Notes: generated by a model not told the origin, from the sequence alone. Positions 24,979 through 37,099 are shown, counted from the first letter of the stretch. The stretch is DNA of 64,000 nt from Chara braunii (GCA_003427395.1 BFEA01000015.1:6283528-6347527); one strand, 5' to 3'. Program-made: numbers and translations.

Positions 24979-25425
24979 TCAAAAGAGAGCGATGAAAGCA
25001 CCCATAGCAAGCGCAAGCTGAAGGGACAAGGGAACAGCCGTCGTGAATGCACTATTGGGCTGGGAGGCGGGAGCCGACGGAGTGGTGGAGCGGGCGGTGG
25101 TCTGCATCTCCCTTCTTCCTCCTCCCAAGCACAGAGTATCAAAGGCGACCGCCTTGTACCCACGCGCTTCCAGGCGGCTGAAGATTTCCTCCTCGCACAC
25201 CACGTTGTCGACCAGTTCATCCAAGTCCGACTGGAAGATGGAATCAAACTGTCGGCAGCAACTCTCCGACGTCATCGCGGAGGGGTTACAAGACGACGTG
25301 AGAGGACTGAAGTCGAAGTTCTCGAAGTTCATCGCGCATGGCCGAACACCACCACCTTCGGTCCTCCCAGCCACAGCACCGACAACAAGAAGGAGGCAAA
25401 GAACGGAGAGCGCTGTCGTCTTCAT
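24979..25425 (-). CDS. Secreted, probably GPI-anchored Cys-rich protein, LORELEI-like (LLG)/SPARK-related
   Basis: Intact 148-aa ATG-to-TGA ORF. It has a signal peptide (MKTTALSVLCLLLVVGAVAG), C-x15-C-x9-CC-x19-C-x21-C with a CxxNFE motif, a Ser/Thr/Pro stalk, a possible omega site (N-S-A) and a hydrophobic tail. Confidence 0.75.
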   Translation of the reverse strand: MKTTALSVLCLLLVVGAVAGRTEGGGVRPCAMNFENFDFSPLTSSCNPSAMTSESCCRQFDSIFQSDLDELVDNVVCEEEIFSRLEARGYKAVAFDTLCLGGGRREMQTTARSTTPSAPASQPNSAFTTAVPLSLQLALAMGAFIALF

Positions 25426-26860
25426 CTTGGCAATCCGAGAGACTCAGCCGCAACAGAGACAACGGGCAAAGACTGACAGACGGCGACAAGCTGGGCTGGA
25501 GACGCACAGCTCAACAGCGTTTGCGTTGACGTTCACTCCCCTGACGGCAGCGACAAAACAAGAAAGAGACAAAGCTGAGCCGACAGTTGGGGTAACAATC
25601 GATCGACGAGGCGTCACGAAAGAAACACCGCAAGCGAAATGAAATGAATCCTCTCAGCTGAGAGCGTCAAACAAGGCGAAAAATGACTATCTTCAGCCAA
25701 GGCACAGGCAAACTACAGTAGTAGAAGTATTCCCGCTCGCAGAAGGCCAAGCACAGGCAAGACCGAGAGGAGGGAAGGACACAGAGCGAGAGAGAGAGAC
25801 AAAGCGCGGTGCATGGAAAGCGGCGCTACACTCTGTAGCGGTATTGGTTACTACCACCACAGAAGAGCACCGCAGCAACAATGCGTTTAGAAAGTCGGGT
25901 TCTCGTTAATATGGCCGCTAGGATCAAGCAGAGTTGTCCCTCACGTGCGCTTCGATTTCGATCGGCATCGAAGACGAAGGCGGCAAGCCGGCCCACAAAC
26001 ACCCCCCCCCCCCCCCCCCCTCTGCCTGTTCCGTGGGACGCGACCCGACCTCTGGCCTGAACGCCGAGCCACGACGTGGCGTGGTGTCTGAAAGCCGACC
26101 AGAGGCGCAACCCGGCCTACGCTCAACGTACTGGAAACGGCCAAAGCAAGGGAAAAAAAAACAAAAAAAAAACAAAAAAAAAAAGCAAGAAAACTTCGCC
26201 GAAGTGGCGAAATGGACGAAGTGGGCAAAGTGGCGGTGGCGGACAACAAAAGGACTGCGTCCGTCTAGATGTCATCGAGCAAGGATAAGGGCATCGCCAC
26301 ACCACTCTCGAAATTTGCAAACAAAATGGGAAGGAACTTCCCGCTAGACCATGGCCAGATGCCCCCGCCACATTTTTGTCTTTTTCACATTTCGAGAGTG
26401 GTGTGGCGAGGCCCTAACACGCATACAAAAAGAAGCAAAAAAAAAAACAAAAAAAAAACAAGGATCACACGCATAATTTTTTTCTTTTTCTCCTTTTATT
26501 TGAACAACGGTAGGCGTAATTTGCAAAATACCCCCATAAGTTGACAACGGGGCGGGGAGGTCAGCAGCCTCGTACCCATCCTTGCAAGAGGGCTTCGACG
26601 AACGGGATGAAGGTTGCCCAAGCTATTCGTCGGGGTGGAAGTCCGCCGCGCGCTATGCCAGCGAAATTTTTTTTTTCTTTGGGCATCGCCACAGCACTCT
26701 CGAAATGTGCAAGATGAGAATGAACTTCCCGCTACAACATGGGCAGATGCGCCCGCCAAATTTTTGTCTTTTTCACATTTCGATTTCGACTGGAGAGTGG
26801 TGTGGCCAGGCCCTTCCGTAGTCGTCCCGCCAGATCCTTCGCCAAACAAAAACTCTTCGC

Positions 26861-27028
26861 GGGTCAGGTCCCACTAGCCGCGTTGAGTTTCCTCACTCAA
26901 CGCCTGAATCTGGACGCGTTCGTGGAGATGTGCAGTTGAGAAAACTGAACGCGATTTCTGCACATATCCACAGACATGTCCAGATTCAGGCGTTTTGGAA
27001 ACTCAACGCTGCAAGTGGGACCTGGCCC
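26861..27028. mobile_element. Tourist/PIF-Harbinger-like MITE
   Basis: GGGTCAGGTCCCACT...AGTGGGACCTGGCCC TIRs and a largely palindromic body. Confidence 0.8.
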
Positions 27029-27077
27029 CGGTTCCCGCCGCCAGAGACTTGATTTTGATTTTGATTCCACTACCCTG

Positions 27078-27243
27078 GAGCATGGACCCACTAGCGAAGG
27101 GGATTGGGTTGAGACCCTGAATCTGGGCGTGTTTTAGGCAGAGATGCAGAAGGGGAGTTCGATCTCGGATTTCTGCGCTTGTCCACAAACGCGGCCAAAT
27201 CAAGGCGTTCAATCCAATCCTCTTTGCTAGTGGGACCTCGCCC
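27078..27243. mobile_element. Tourist/PIF-Harbinger-like MITE
   Basis: Degenerate TIRs (...CCCACTAGC / GCTAGTGGGACCTCGCCC); CTG duplicated on both flanks. Confidence 0.7.
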
Positions 27244-27575
27244 CTGGACTGGACGAAGGTTGCCCAAGTTATTCGTCGGGGTGGAAGTCCGCCACGCGCC
27301 ATGCGAGCGAAATTTTTTCGTTGTATTGTTATTTTATTACTTCCTTCTCCAAACTCTTCGCTTCCCCGCCCGAGACCCTTTTTTTTTTTTTTTTTTTTTT
27401 ATCCCCGCCAGAGACTTGATTCCACTACAAAATTACAAAATTTGAAATTGAATGCCGGTTTGAGCTTATGTTCTGCTGACTGGCAGTTACATACATGTGT
27501 GCTCCAAGTGGAGGGTCGACATGTGGCTTGTTAATGTTAATTTTTCAACGCCTTTCCATTGCACGGATCATTTGG

Positions 27576-27780
27576 AATTGGACCATACAGTACAGAGAGC
27601 TTAGGGTGAGATCCCACGGGCAAAAGCGTTTGGAATAAGTATCGGAATCGGGACGTGTTTGTGGAGAGGTGCAAAAAAACTGTAATTGATCTGTTTTGTG
27701 CATCTCCGCGTCCTGATTCAGACACGTTTTAGTCCAAACCTCTTTTGCCAGTGGGATCTGGCCCTTAGATTAGCATGGCC
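27576..27780 (+). pseudogene. U6: U6 snRNA 5'-central fragment split by a MITE
   Basis: AATTGGACCATACAG(TACAG)AGA lies before the MITE and AGATTAGCATGGCC (27767-27780) after it. Compare U6 AAUUGGAACGAUACAGAGAAGAUUAGCAUGGCC, recalled from memory. Confidence 0.5.
27604..27764. mobile_element. Tourist/PIF-Harbinger-like MITE
   Basis: TTA|GGGTGAGATCCCAC...GTGGGATCTGGCCC|TTA, i.e. a 3-bp TTA TSD. Confidence 0.8.
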
Positions 27781-30006
27781 AAAAAGAACACCTCGCCACC
27801 TCAAGAAAAAGAAGAACACTTCCACTTGAAAAACGACGACTCTTGCCCAGCGAAGGAATCCACGGTCAGTCAAAACACAGAAGGGAAGAAGGATGGAGAA
27901 GGATCGTCAGGCACGAAGGGCTTAAAGGGGAACGAACAAGGGAAGGGGAAGGGAAAGGACAATGGAAAGAAGGACGACAGGGGGGGGAAGAGACCCCTGG
28001 AAGAGAAGAGTAAACAGAAGGAGACAGAAAAGGATAGGGGAAGCACGGAAGATGGCCCACAGAAAGAAACGGAGGGGCAGGAAAAAGGGAACAGGGATGA
28101 CCGAATCCCCCCCCCGGCCCCCTCCCCCCCCCCCTTCCAAATCAGATGCCTCCCTCCCCCTTAGGGATGAAGCAATGTTAGAAGCAGAGGCAGATGACGG
28201 ATTCAACAAGGAGAAACCACTCCCCACATCGCCCACATACAAGGAAGTACTGCAGATGCCGATCCCCAAACTGCCAGCGAAGAAGAAACAGTTGGAGGGA
28301 AAACAGACGCCGATCTCTAAATCTAAGGCAACAGTTAGTACTCGAAGAAAGGATAAAAAACATGAAGGATCGAAAGAATGGATCCCCACGGGGCAAAAGG
28401 TGAAAACGTCAGGGGAGGCTGGGATCTCGGATCAGGACAGATTGAAAGACCCTCCTCTACAGGGCAAGGGGGATGAAGCAGAAGGAACAGACGAAGGTAA
28501 ACAAGGGCCCAAGGATCAGGGCACACTTCTTGTGTCAGAGGAAGACCACCTCCGGAAGGGAGATAAAGGACAGAGTAAGAATCCCTCTTCTCCTACCTTC
28601 GCCCCCCCCATCCCCAACGTGGCAGCTGCCTCTACACCAAGACCCCCCACTCTGCCTACGCCCGCTCTCGATAAGATCCAAGGAGAACCTCAAGTGAAAT
28701 ACCATCCGGCCTCCGAGAAAGAATCGGGCAACTCTGGGGGGGTCGTGGAAACCTTAGCACAATTGCTTTCTGAGAAAACGCAAAAAGGTAAGCTATACGA
28801 TAATGGGTTATATAACGCACCCCCTTCTAACAAAGAGGATGACCAAGAAGATCCTAATAACCTGATAGTAAAACCGCTGCAGCTGGTTGGTAAGAAGATT
28901 TTGATCCCTTCCCTGGACGAAAAACAGCTTATTAAAAGTCTAGGGGGCTCACATGCTGGGGAGGGGAACGAAGACCAAGATGACAACTCATAGTTTTTTT
29001 CCCCAGTAGGAGATACATCAGATCGGTCTGACGGACACGAAAGTGGCCAAAGGAAAGGCTTGCCAACTCTATCCGCGGATGAATCCTCGTGGGCTCTCTT
29101 CCCCTTTTCCACCCCATATGCTCCCTCCCCTGTTGCATTTCGTGCTTTCGAACCATCAGTAACTCTGTCCTCCAGTAAAAGATCTCGCATTGAAGGGTTG
29201 AAATTTCAGGCTAGATCTCTGGAGGAAGAAAATGGAGTAGCAGCAGAGGAAGTAGCTAAAAACTCACCGAGGAAAAGGGGAAGAGCGCTGACTGCCAAAA
29301 CAGCCAGGAAATCGCTAGCTTTAGCGGCCCCCATGAGGACGTTGTCGCGGCTGGATAAAAGCAAGGGACCAATCTCAGACTATCTTATCCCATTGATTTG
29401 TTCCCATGATGGCATGGGACCCAAATCCTATCACTGATGGGTAACGATGAAGCGCTGTGCATACCAGCTATCCCTCTCAGAAGTCATCCAACGCCTGCGA
29501 TGGTCTGCAACATAGTAAAACAGCAGGTCTTGCATTCGCTGGGAGACGTGGGTCTTCTACCAGAACCGAAAATGGCACGGTACCTGGTGGACACCCCTGA
29601 GGGTGGTAAGGTTCGGCTGCTCATTGCTTTTTTGGACATAACGTACATATCAGATAACAAAGCTAAATGGGATGAGCTAAAAATATATTCAAGTTGGTTG
29701 GAATTGAACCACCTGGCGGCAGCACACTCAGAGACGCTAGCAGGAATAAAGCTAGTGGCTAATCTCACTGCCAAGGTAATAGCAGATTGGCTAGTCCAAT
29801 CGGATAACCTGAATATAGTTTTGGCAGAATCCTTTGCTGAAACTTTACTCCTTAGGAGAACAAGGAAGAATGTCAGTTTTATGGTAGGGGAAAATGTTGT
29901 CCCGGCAACTGTAAACTCCCCCTCCGACACTAAAGACACAGCGGAGCCTCACAGCCATATCCAAAACCCAAATGGCCAGTCCCCTAAGGATGGTCCTACC
30001 GACTAG
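27775..30006 (+). pseudogene. L1 ORF1 (fragmented, low complexity, probably missing its N-terminus)
   Basis: Consecutive ORFs 27775-28164, 27962-28993, 29060-29437 and 29437-30006 lie directly upstream of ORF2. Confidence 0.55.
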
Positions 30007-33000
30007 GATCAGATTGGGTAGCTGGAACATTCGAGGTTTAGGTGATCACAATGATACATTTAAACGCAGCAAGCTACCTGAATGGCTACAGTCTCAAAAT
30101 GTTCAGATAATATGTCTTCAAGAAACCAAAATTAATACAAACAATTGGGCAGACATTCAAAATTGGTGGGCTGACCCTCAAATTTGGTCACAAGCGGATG
30201 GTACCAAAGGAGGAACAACCATTTTGATAGACAAAAACCTGGACGTGGAGATAATAGACAGTTGTGTGGACACAGAAGGAAGGTGGGCGTGGATGAAACT
30301 GGCAATAGCAGAGGAGGACTGGGCCGTCATGTATGTGTATGCCCCAGTGGACTACCCCACTAGACTTAATTTTTTCTCAAATTTACCCAAAATTATCCCT
30401 GACACAGATAACTTACTCATAATGGGGGACTGAAACTGTGTACTAAACCCGGGACTAGACTCCCCAACCGCCACTCCTATTAGAAATGGTGCACTACTGT
30501 TGACTTCCTTAATAATCTCAAGCATTGGTGGATGTATACAGGACCCTCAACTCTGACTCCTTTGGTTTCACATGGGTAGGGCCACAACCGTCAAGAAATA
30601 CCGCACGACCAACGAGGCGCCTAGACTTCATTATGGCGAGGGGTGATCCTTGGGAACGGTGTGTCTGGGCAGACAAAAAGGTTTCTTCAATTTCAGACCA
30701 CCATCCCGTCCTTATGGACGTATTATCCAAGGAAACAATAGCTCGAGCTAAGCCCCCTTTCCGCTTGAATGTCCAAATCCTAAAAGACCCAGGTATCCCA
30801 CTATGGATCAAGGCTCAAATGGAAGATTGACAACTCGCAAAAGATTTGTTCCTTAATACGGAACAATGGGTAGAAGTGAGAATAGAGATATTACATGCTG
30901 TCATGATTGAATTCTCACGAATGAAAGCGGATGCTCGCTACTAAGAAGAGGAACAACTGGTTAAACTAATAGAACATGCAGAAACCCTGATGGGTACAGA
31001 CGCTTTTCAGAATTACTATTGATCCGAGAAAAGAGCCAAAGCGCCTGAGGAGTTAGAGGCCATTGAGATTCGGAAACAGGCAAATAGGCTGAAATGGTTA
31101 AAGATAAAAGGCATCCTTGGATATGACCGTATGACCAAGGAGACCTTTAAATCTTTAATGATAAGCAAGGCCATGCCTGTAATGAGGGAACTTTCTCATC
31201 CATTTGCTCTTGATTTACCGTTGGCGGTTGAGACTGAAGAACTATGTACCTATGCAATGGAATATTTTAAAAACATAGTAAGTACTAGAAGACCGTTTGA
31301 TAGCTTTGATACTAACCTGGCCGACCACCATCACTTTTGGACACGATCGAACAAAACGGTCCCACTTCAAACAAGGAATGAATTGGACCAGCCCATTACA
31401 ATAGAAGAGGTATCTCAGGCAGCCCGCCTCATGGCACGAAGGATGTGCCTAGGTCCGAATGGCCTCCCAATCGACTTCTTTCTATCGACATGGGAAGCCT
31501 TTGGTCAGTTCTTTTGTGATATTTTCAATGAAACACTGTCCACGGGCACGTCACCTAAAAGCCTGACCCATGGAATGATTTCACTAATCTATAAGAAAGA
31601 AGACAAAATAGATATACGAAATTGGCGCCCCGTATCTGCCTTGAACGTCTCATATAAGTTGTTAGCAACGGTCCTCGCCTTGTGACTGGCCTCCCTTCTC
31701 CCATCCTTAGTAGGGGAAGAACAAGGGGCTTTTGTGAAAGGAAGACTGATCTTTGATAGCATCATGACAACGGTACAGGTGTTGGAAATAATAGGCCAAT
31801 AAGAGCGAGATGTGGTCATTCTCATGCTTGATATGGAAAATGCGTATGACAAAGTAGGTTGGGCCTTCGTCAAGACCTCCTTGATAAACATGGGGTTCGG
31901 CGACCAATTCAGAACCTGGGTGAAAGCAATGTATGCCAGAGCTACAGCCATGGTACTGGTTAATGGAAAACAATCAGAAATATTTCCACTTACCCGGTCT
32001 CTAAGACAAGGGTGTCCATTGGCCCCCCTGATCTTTGTTCTCCAGTTGGAGACCCTACTAGATAACTTGAATATAATAAATAACCCGAGTATTGTTGGTC
32101 TGCGTCTTTTCCCAACATACCAATGGAAGGGTGGGGCGATCGCTGACGATTTAACGGTGACCTGTGAAAATTCTAGGAGTAGTATGGGTATTGTGTATTA
32201 TCCGAAGCCTCTATTAATTGGGATAAGTCTGTATTACCTTCATCCCAAGCGTTGTGTATTGACTAGGGTCTGCGTCAAGTCTCGGCTAACTCCTCCGATC
32301 GATTTCTGGGGGTCCAAGTCCCTCTTTCAGATTGTTCAAAAGTACAAGACAATATCCTGGCGGATAAGGTGATAGCGAGGATTGCAGGCTGGAAACGACG
32401 CAAACACGTCTCCCTTTTCGGAAGGGCGTTGGTGTTGTCCTCTTCCGCCTTCTCCGTGTTGTGGTTTCCACTGACATTGCATCTGGTGGGGGAGGGAGCA
32501 TACAGAAAAATTCGGACAACTGCAACAAGATACCTTTGGAAGCCCGACACTACTACCGATCAAGGATTTCTGTCGAAGGCGGCATGAGAGGTGGTGGCAA
32601 CGTCCCGGAAGAATGGCGGTCTGGGTATCCTGGACCCCCTTCAGCAAAACCTGGCATTGATGGCCAAATGGCCGGCACGGGCCATGATGGAAAAAAACAC
32701 TAAGATGTGGATGGTTATGGCCAATACTTGTTGGGCCAGGAATGGGAACTTGTGGACCACTCTAAAGTCTGGCTCTGTATGTTAATGCCCTCCTTTTCTA
32801 ATCGTTGTCCCAAGTCCAGGATATGGAGGAGTATACTTAGAGCATGGAATAAACTGAAACCAAATAATTGGTCACCTCCAAATACTAAACAGGAGATTCT
32901 GAACCAATTACTGTTTGATAACCCGCTAATTTTACAACAGGATGGCTCCTCTTTTGGGGCAGCGGACGTAGTGGGTGCCTTTGGCAAATCCTGGGTTAAG

Positions 33001-34450
33001 AAAGACATACTTCAAATCAGGGATATCTGGGATGCCACTACTTCAGCCTTCGTGACACCATTGGCCCTGAAAACAAGGCTTCCCAGGATGCATAATGTTG
33101 TTAATAACTTGAATAAGCTGACAACTGCAATCCCACAAACATGGACACAACTGTTGCATCCTGACAGGGAGAATGCAGACGGGACCTGGCTGAGGGATGA
33201 AACTCAGTCAAATCGAATTTTGAGAGTACTGGGACCAGCGCTACCTTCAGGCCTAATGGTGCAGTCATGGAGCCTCCCAGGCCTAGGCAACACAACATGC
33301 CCATTAAGATTGGAAAACGGAGACCTCAGGGTTGAAGAAACCAGGCACCTACCGGAGGTAAGAGTGGTTGTTTAGACCTCTCGACAAGGTAAGCTAACAA
33401 CAACTATGGGGAGGGACGCGGACACATATCGGGTGGAGCTCGTTCTGACTGAATGGAAGGTCGAAGGCAACATGGGAAGCCAGGCTCAGACTACCCCCCT
33501 GCTCCACTTTCGTCCAAAGGTTAGGGTGCTGCTGCAACAGTCTAAGTTGAAGAAGACCCCATCTACTTTGGCCATCAAAAGAGCGGAGGCATAGCAACTT
33601 CAGGGGGGTTCAGAGCACAACATGCGCAATTTATGGAAAGGAATCACCAAAGCCCTAGTCCAGAAACATGCAGGCTTAATGTGGTTGCAGTCCTTGCTTA
33701 TTACAGCCACAGCCACATGGTTGGCCTCTAGAGGCATGGATGTACCTACTACTTGCCTGCGCTGTAACTGGGGCTGGGAGAATATGGTGCACTTATGGCT
33801 CTGCTGTCCCCTAGCAGATGAACTTATGATTTGGTGAAAAAGACATTGGTCTAATATCACAGGGGGAGTTTTTGAATGGTCAGACCAGTGGATGCTTACA
33901 AGCATCCTCCCACAAGGTTTTAAATACAACTGTGACCTGGGCCACATTGCAATGGTCTGCAGAGGCGTCCTGATGAACGTCATTTGGACGACCATAAATG
34001 CTAAGGTATTCAAGGGAGAGCAGAAGCATATCATCCAACAACAACGACAAGTCAAGAATGATCTTAGACACATTATTCGAGCAGATTGGCACAGGAAAGG
34101 AGCCCAGTGGTTTTTGAAAACATGGGTCAGGGCTAATAGGCTTGCCTGGGTGAACCAAGGGGGAAAAATGGCCATATGTACTTGGCTATCAGACACCCAT
34201 GATTAATGGAGTCGCGTTAGGCTTCGACATTGAGTCTACAGTAGTACATTTGTTAGATCTGAATTTCTCTCCAGCTCTTTTAAAAGCTTTACGATAAAGA
34301 AGTGTTAGATCATTCTGTAAAGCAAGTCGGTTTTAAGTAAGTCGTTTTATCTGTGCTTCAAGGTCTATAAAAGGAATGCATTGGAAAGTCCTCCGAAAGG
34401 AGGCCCCTTTTTTAACTGTGCTTCAAGGCTTATAATTTTTTGGAAAGCAA
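27781..34450 (+). mobile_element. Long L1-clade LINE (ORF1 + APE-RT-zf ORF2), inactivated
   Basis: ORF1-like region followed by an ORF2 with full L1 domain order; many stops and frameshifts. Confidence 0.9.
29972..34206 (+). pseudogene. L1 ORF2: AP endonuclease, reverse transcriptase, zf-RVT
   Basis: APE motifs GSWNIRGL, ICLQET, VYAP, MGD*N, RLD and SDHHPV. RT motifs NWRPVSALN, DMENAYDKV, LRQGCPLAP and AIADD. CCHC motif CLRC...HLWLCC. Confidence 0.9.
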
Positions 34451-34744
34451 TTTGAAGTAGTTTGGGACGCTGGACCCGGTTTCCGGCAGGAAGAGTTAAG
34501 TAGTATTCAAGAAGTCGAAGAGATTTTCGAACATTAAGCGAAAATGGTTGAGGCTGCCGGGATAACTCCGGGTTGAATTGTGAGGTCTCCGACCTCGTCC
34601 CAAGACTATTTTTTGAAATACATCGTCAAGTTTTTCAAAAAAAAAGAAAAAAAAAAAAAACACTTGTTGGGGCATACTTACACTCGGACTTTCCTGGATG
34701 CATATGGCTGCAATTACAGTCCAACCAGGATACATCGTACAACA

Positions 34745-35525
34745 AGTACTGCACAAGTCTTGTCCAAATAAAAGGGAAAATTGCATACCATAGATGATGC
34801 CGGATTGAATAGGAGAGTCCTGGAGTTGCAGGCCCACACACCGCAGAAAAATTGAGGGCAGGTGGGACCGCTTCGCCAAAATTGGCGAAGGATAAATGAT
34901 TCTCCTCAGACCGGCTGATGAAGTGATCTGTCTGCCTGCAGATTCGCTTATGCACTGAGCGCTACTGGAGGGCGCACAGCGGAAGGAGGATCGCAGGAAA
35001 TCCTGCAGATCCAACAAGTCCAGCAACCTGCGTCCATTGCTGCGCTGCCGGTTACTTATACCGCCGTGGGCAGTCGGAGCAGTGTCGTCCAGGTCGGCGA
35101 CGTCCAAATGCACCCCGGGTGAGTTTCGAGGTCCCGTGGTCCCACTCGAATCTCAACCAAACTCCCTGCAACCTCTGAAGTCCAACTGCTGGGTCCATGG
35201 TCTTGTTCTTGCCAAAATAGGTTGGGTCCTTCGAAGTTCAACGACCGAGACCATATTCTGTTGAGGGTGTCCAATGCATGTCGTAAAATGTCGGATGTCG
35301 GAAATCCAGGGCTGCGAAAAAAACGTGCGACTGAGGGAAACGAAAATGACGTAAAAATTATTAGTGTGCACAAATGGTAATTGAGAAGTTGAAAAGGCAA
35401 CTGCGTGTACTTGCAAGACAATTGTTGCACAGGTCTTGTCCAAATAAAAAGGGAAATTGCGTGCCATAGATGATGTCGGATTGAATAGGAGAGTCTTGGA
35501 GTTGGGGGTCGCAGACCCAAACACC
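34745..35525. repeat. ~680-bp tandem unit plus the start of a second unit (which resumes at ~47166-47720)
   Basis: GTCTTGTCCAAATAAAA...GGAGAGTC occurs at ~34757 and ~35433; 34874-35420 aligns with 47172-47720. Confidence 0.8.
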
Positions 35526-35734
35526 TCCTGGGCTAGCCCATCTCCCCCATTGTCCCGCAAGTGACATTCTCGTCTTGTAGGGAATAGTGGAACGAGCGTA
35601 TGAGCGATGGAAGTTGGAGGCAGAAGAGGAGCACTCCGGAGGACGAAGGAGACTACGAGAGCAGATTAAAATGGTGCAACAATATTATAGATGAGTTTGG
35701 TTGCAAACGACAATGGCGTAACGGTATGTGAAAA

Positions 35735-36655
35735 TTGTTACTTGGGTTGAACAAATGGTTGGAGAGGAATAAAGTTGGACGGGATTGCATGAGCTGCATC
35801 GATCTAGATATCATGTCCTTCATAAGCAGTCAGTGGTTAATGGAGGTTGACGGTCGCTGTCGAACAGCTGATTGCGAGAGGACACCTTTTGAATCGCCAT
35901 CGACAGTTGATGAGGCAATAAATTGTCTGAGTAATAACTTTCGTTTGTCAGGAAGAGAGAGCGATGATCCTTGTCAAAGAGGACGTGTGAAGTCCTTCCG
36001 AAAGGCTTATCGAGAGTATGCATTACAAAGGGGGGTGACCGAAGAATCAATGCGTCCTTTGCGATGGGAGAAATTAGGGATTGTTATAAATTATATTATA
36101 AATAAAATTCTGACATTAAAAGGAGTAATGGAAGTTGAAGCTTATAGAGATGTTGTGATATTTTTGTATTTATGGGAGAGTTGGCAGCAATTTGGTGAGG
36201 GATTACGTGTGCAATATGCAGAGATTAATATTGGGGAGAGAACAGTAGGGTCTGGTTATACGAAGACGGATTGTCGGGGTGGAAGATTCTTGATCAGATT
36301 GAGGGAGTCGGCGAAGGAAAAAAAAACGTTTTTAGGAATTCTAAATGAATTAGTGGTTGCGTATGGTCGGATAAGGCAGGATATCAGAGTTAGTTTTTTG
36401 TTTCGGGGCCGCCGTGGTGATGGTCCGTTGGGAGGAAGTGGTTTTAATAAAAGGATCAAAAAGTGGTTTAGGAAGGCAGGGGTGTACGAAGGAGAGACAA
36501 ATCATTGTTTTCGAATAGGCGGAGTTCAGGCTGGTAGCGAGGAGGGGTGAAGTTTGGGAGAGATGATGCGGCAAGGAACCTAGAAAAGTATCGGAACGTT
36601 CATGCGATATGGATATGGGATGAAACGAGGATGGAAAAGGAAGGGTGAAAATTAG
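35735..36655 (+). pseudogene. Tyrosine recombinase
   Basis: YRDVVIFLYLW...GE, KTD, FLFRG, HCFRIGG (HxxR) and G.(W>stop)KS..TFMRY with the catalytic Tyr. Stops at 36548 and 36581 fall at probable Trp positions. Confidence 0.8.
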
Positions 36656-36769
36656 GTCTTAAATCGGAATATTTTTAGGCTAAAAATTGTTGGGTTGGAA
36701 CAGGAGGGATGCACTATCGGGTTGGGTATGCAGGAAAGTGGAGACGAGGGAATTTTGAAGAACCAAAGT

Positions 36770-37090
36770 ATTTTTAATTGCAGAAGGTTTGGAAACCAGG
36801 TTGGTTTGGGGGAGTCAAGAGCTATGAGGAGGTAAAAAGCAAGGAAGAGTATTGCGCGGGAGATGATTATGTTTATAAGGGATGCGGGATGGAAAACCCA
36901 TCTATAAGGTTCTCTTCGTAGTGAGTTTCAGTCTAGAGAGAGGGCTTTTATGTTAAGTGCAAGACTTGACCAAGTTCTGGATACAAATAAAGGGCAGACG
37001 TGATGGTAGTCGGAGGCGAAGAGGTCAATGGCCAGAGTATCCAAAATGTCGAAGATTGTCTTGAGGACATGTGAGGAGACGCCCCAATCG
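36770..37090 (-). pseudogene. Dam-like DNA N6-adenine methyltransferase domain (DIRS MT)
   Basis: Manual translation: DWGVS...IDLFASD (37012-37029)...ALSLD*...WVFHPASLI (degenerate FPP motif)...LIA...PTWFPNL, directly after RNase H. Confidence 0.65.
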
Positions 37091-37099
37091 GAGTTATCC

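Noticed and set aside
24610-25642. Plus-strand 288-aa and 199-aa ORFs
   Set aside because: They are antisense shadows of the GC-rich LLG-like gene, with non-ATG starts.
30431-30433. TGA=Trp genetic code reassignment in the L1 ORFs
   Set aside because: TAG/TAA stops and frameshifts are also present, so ordinary decay explains it.
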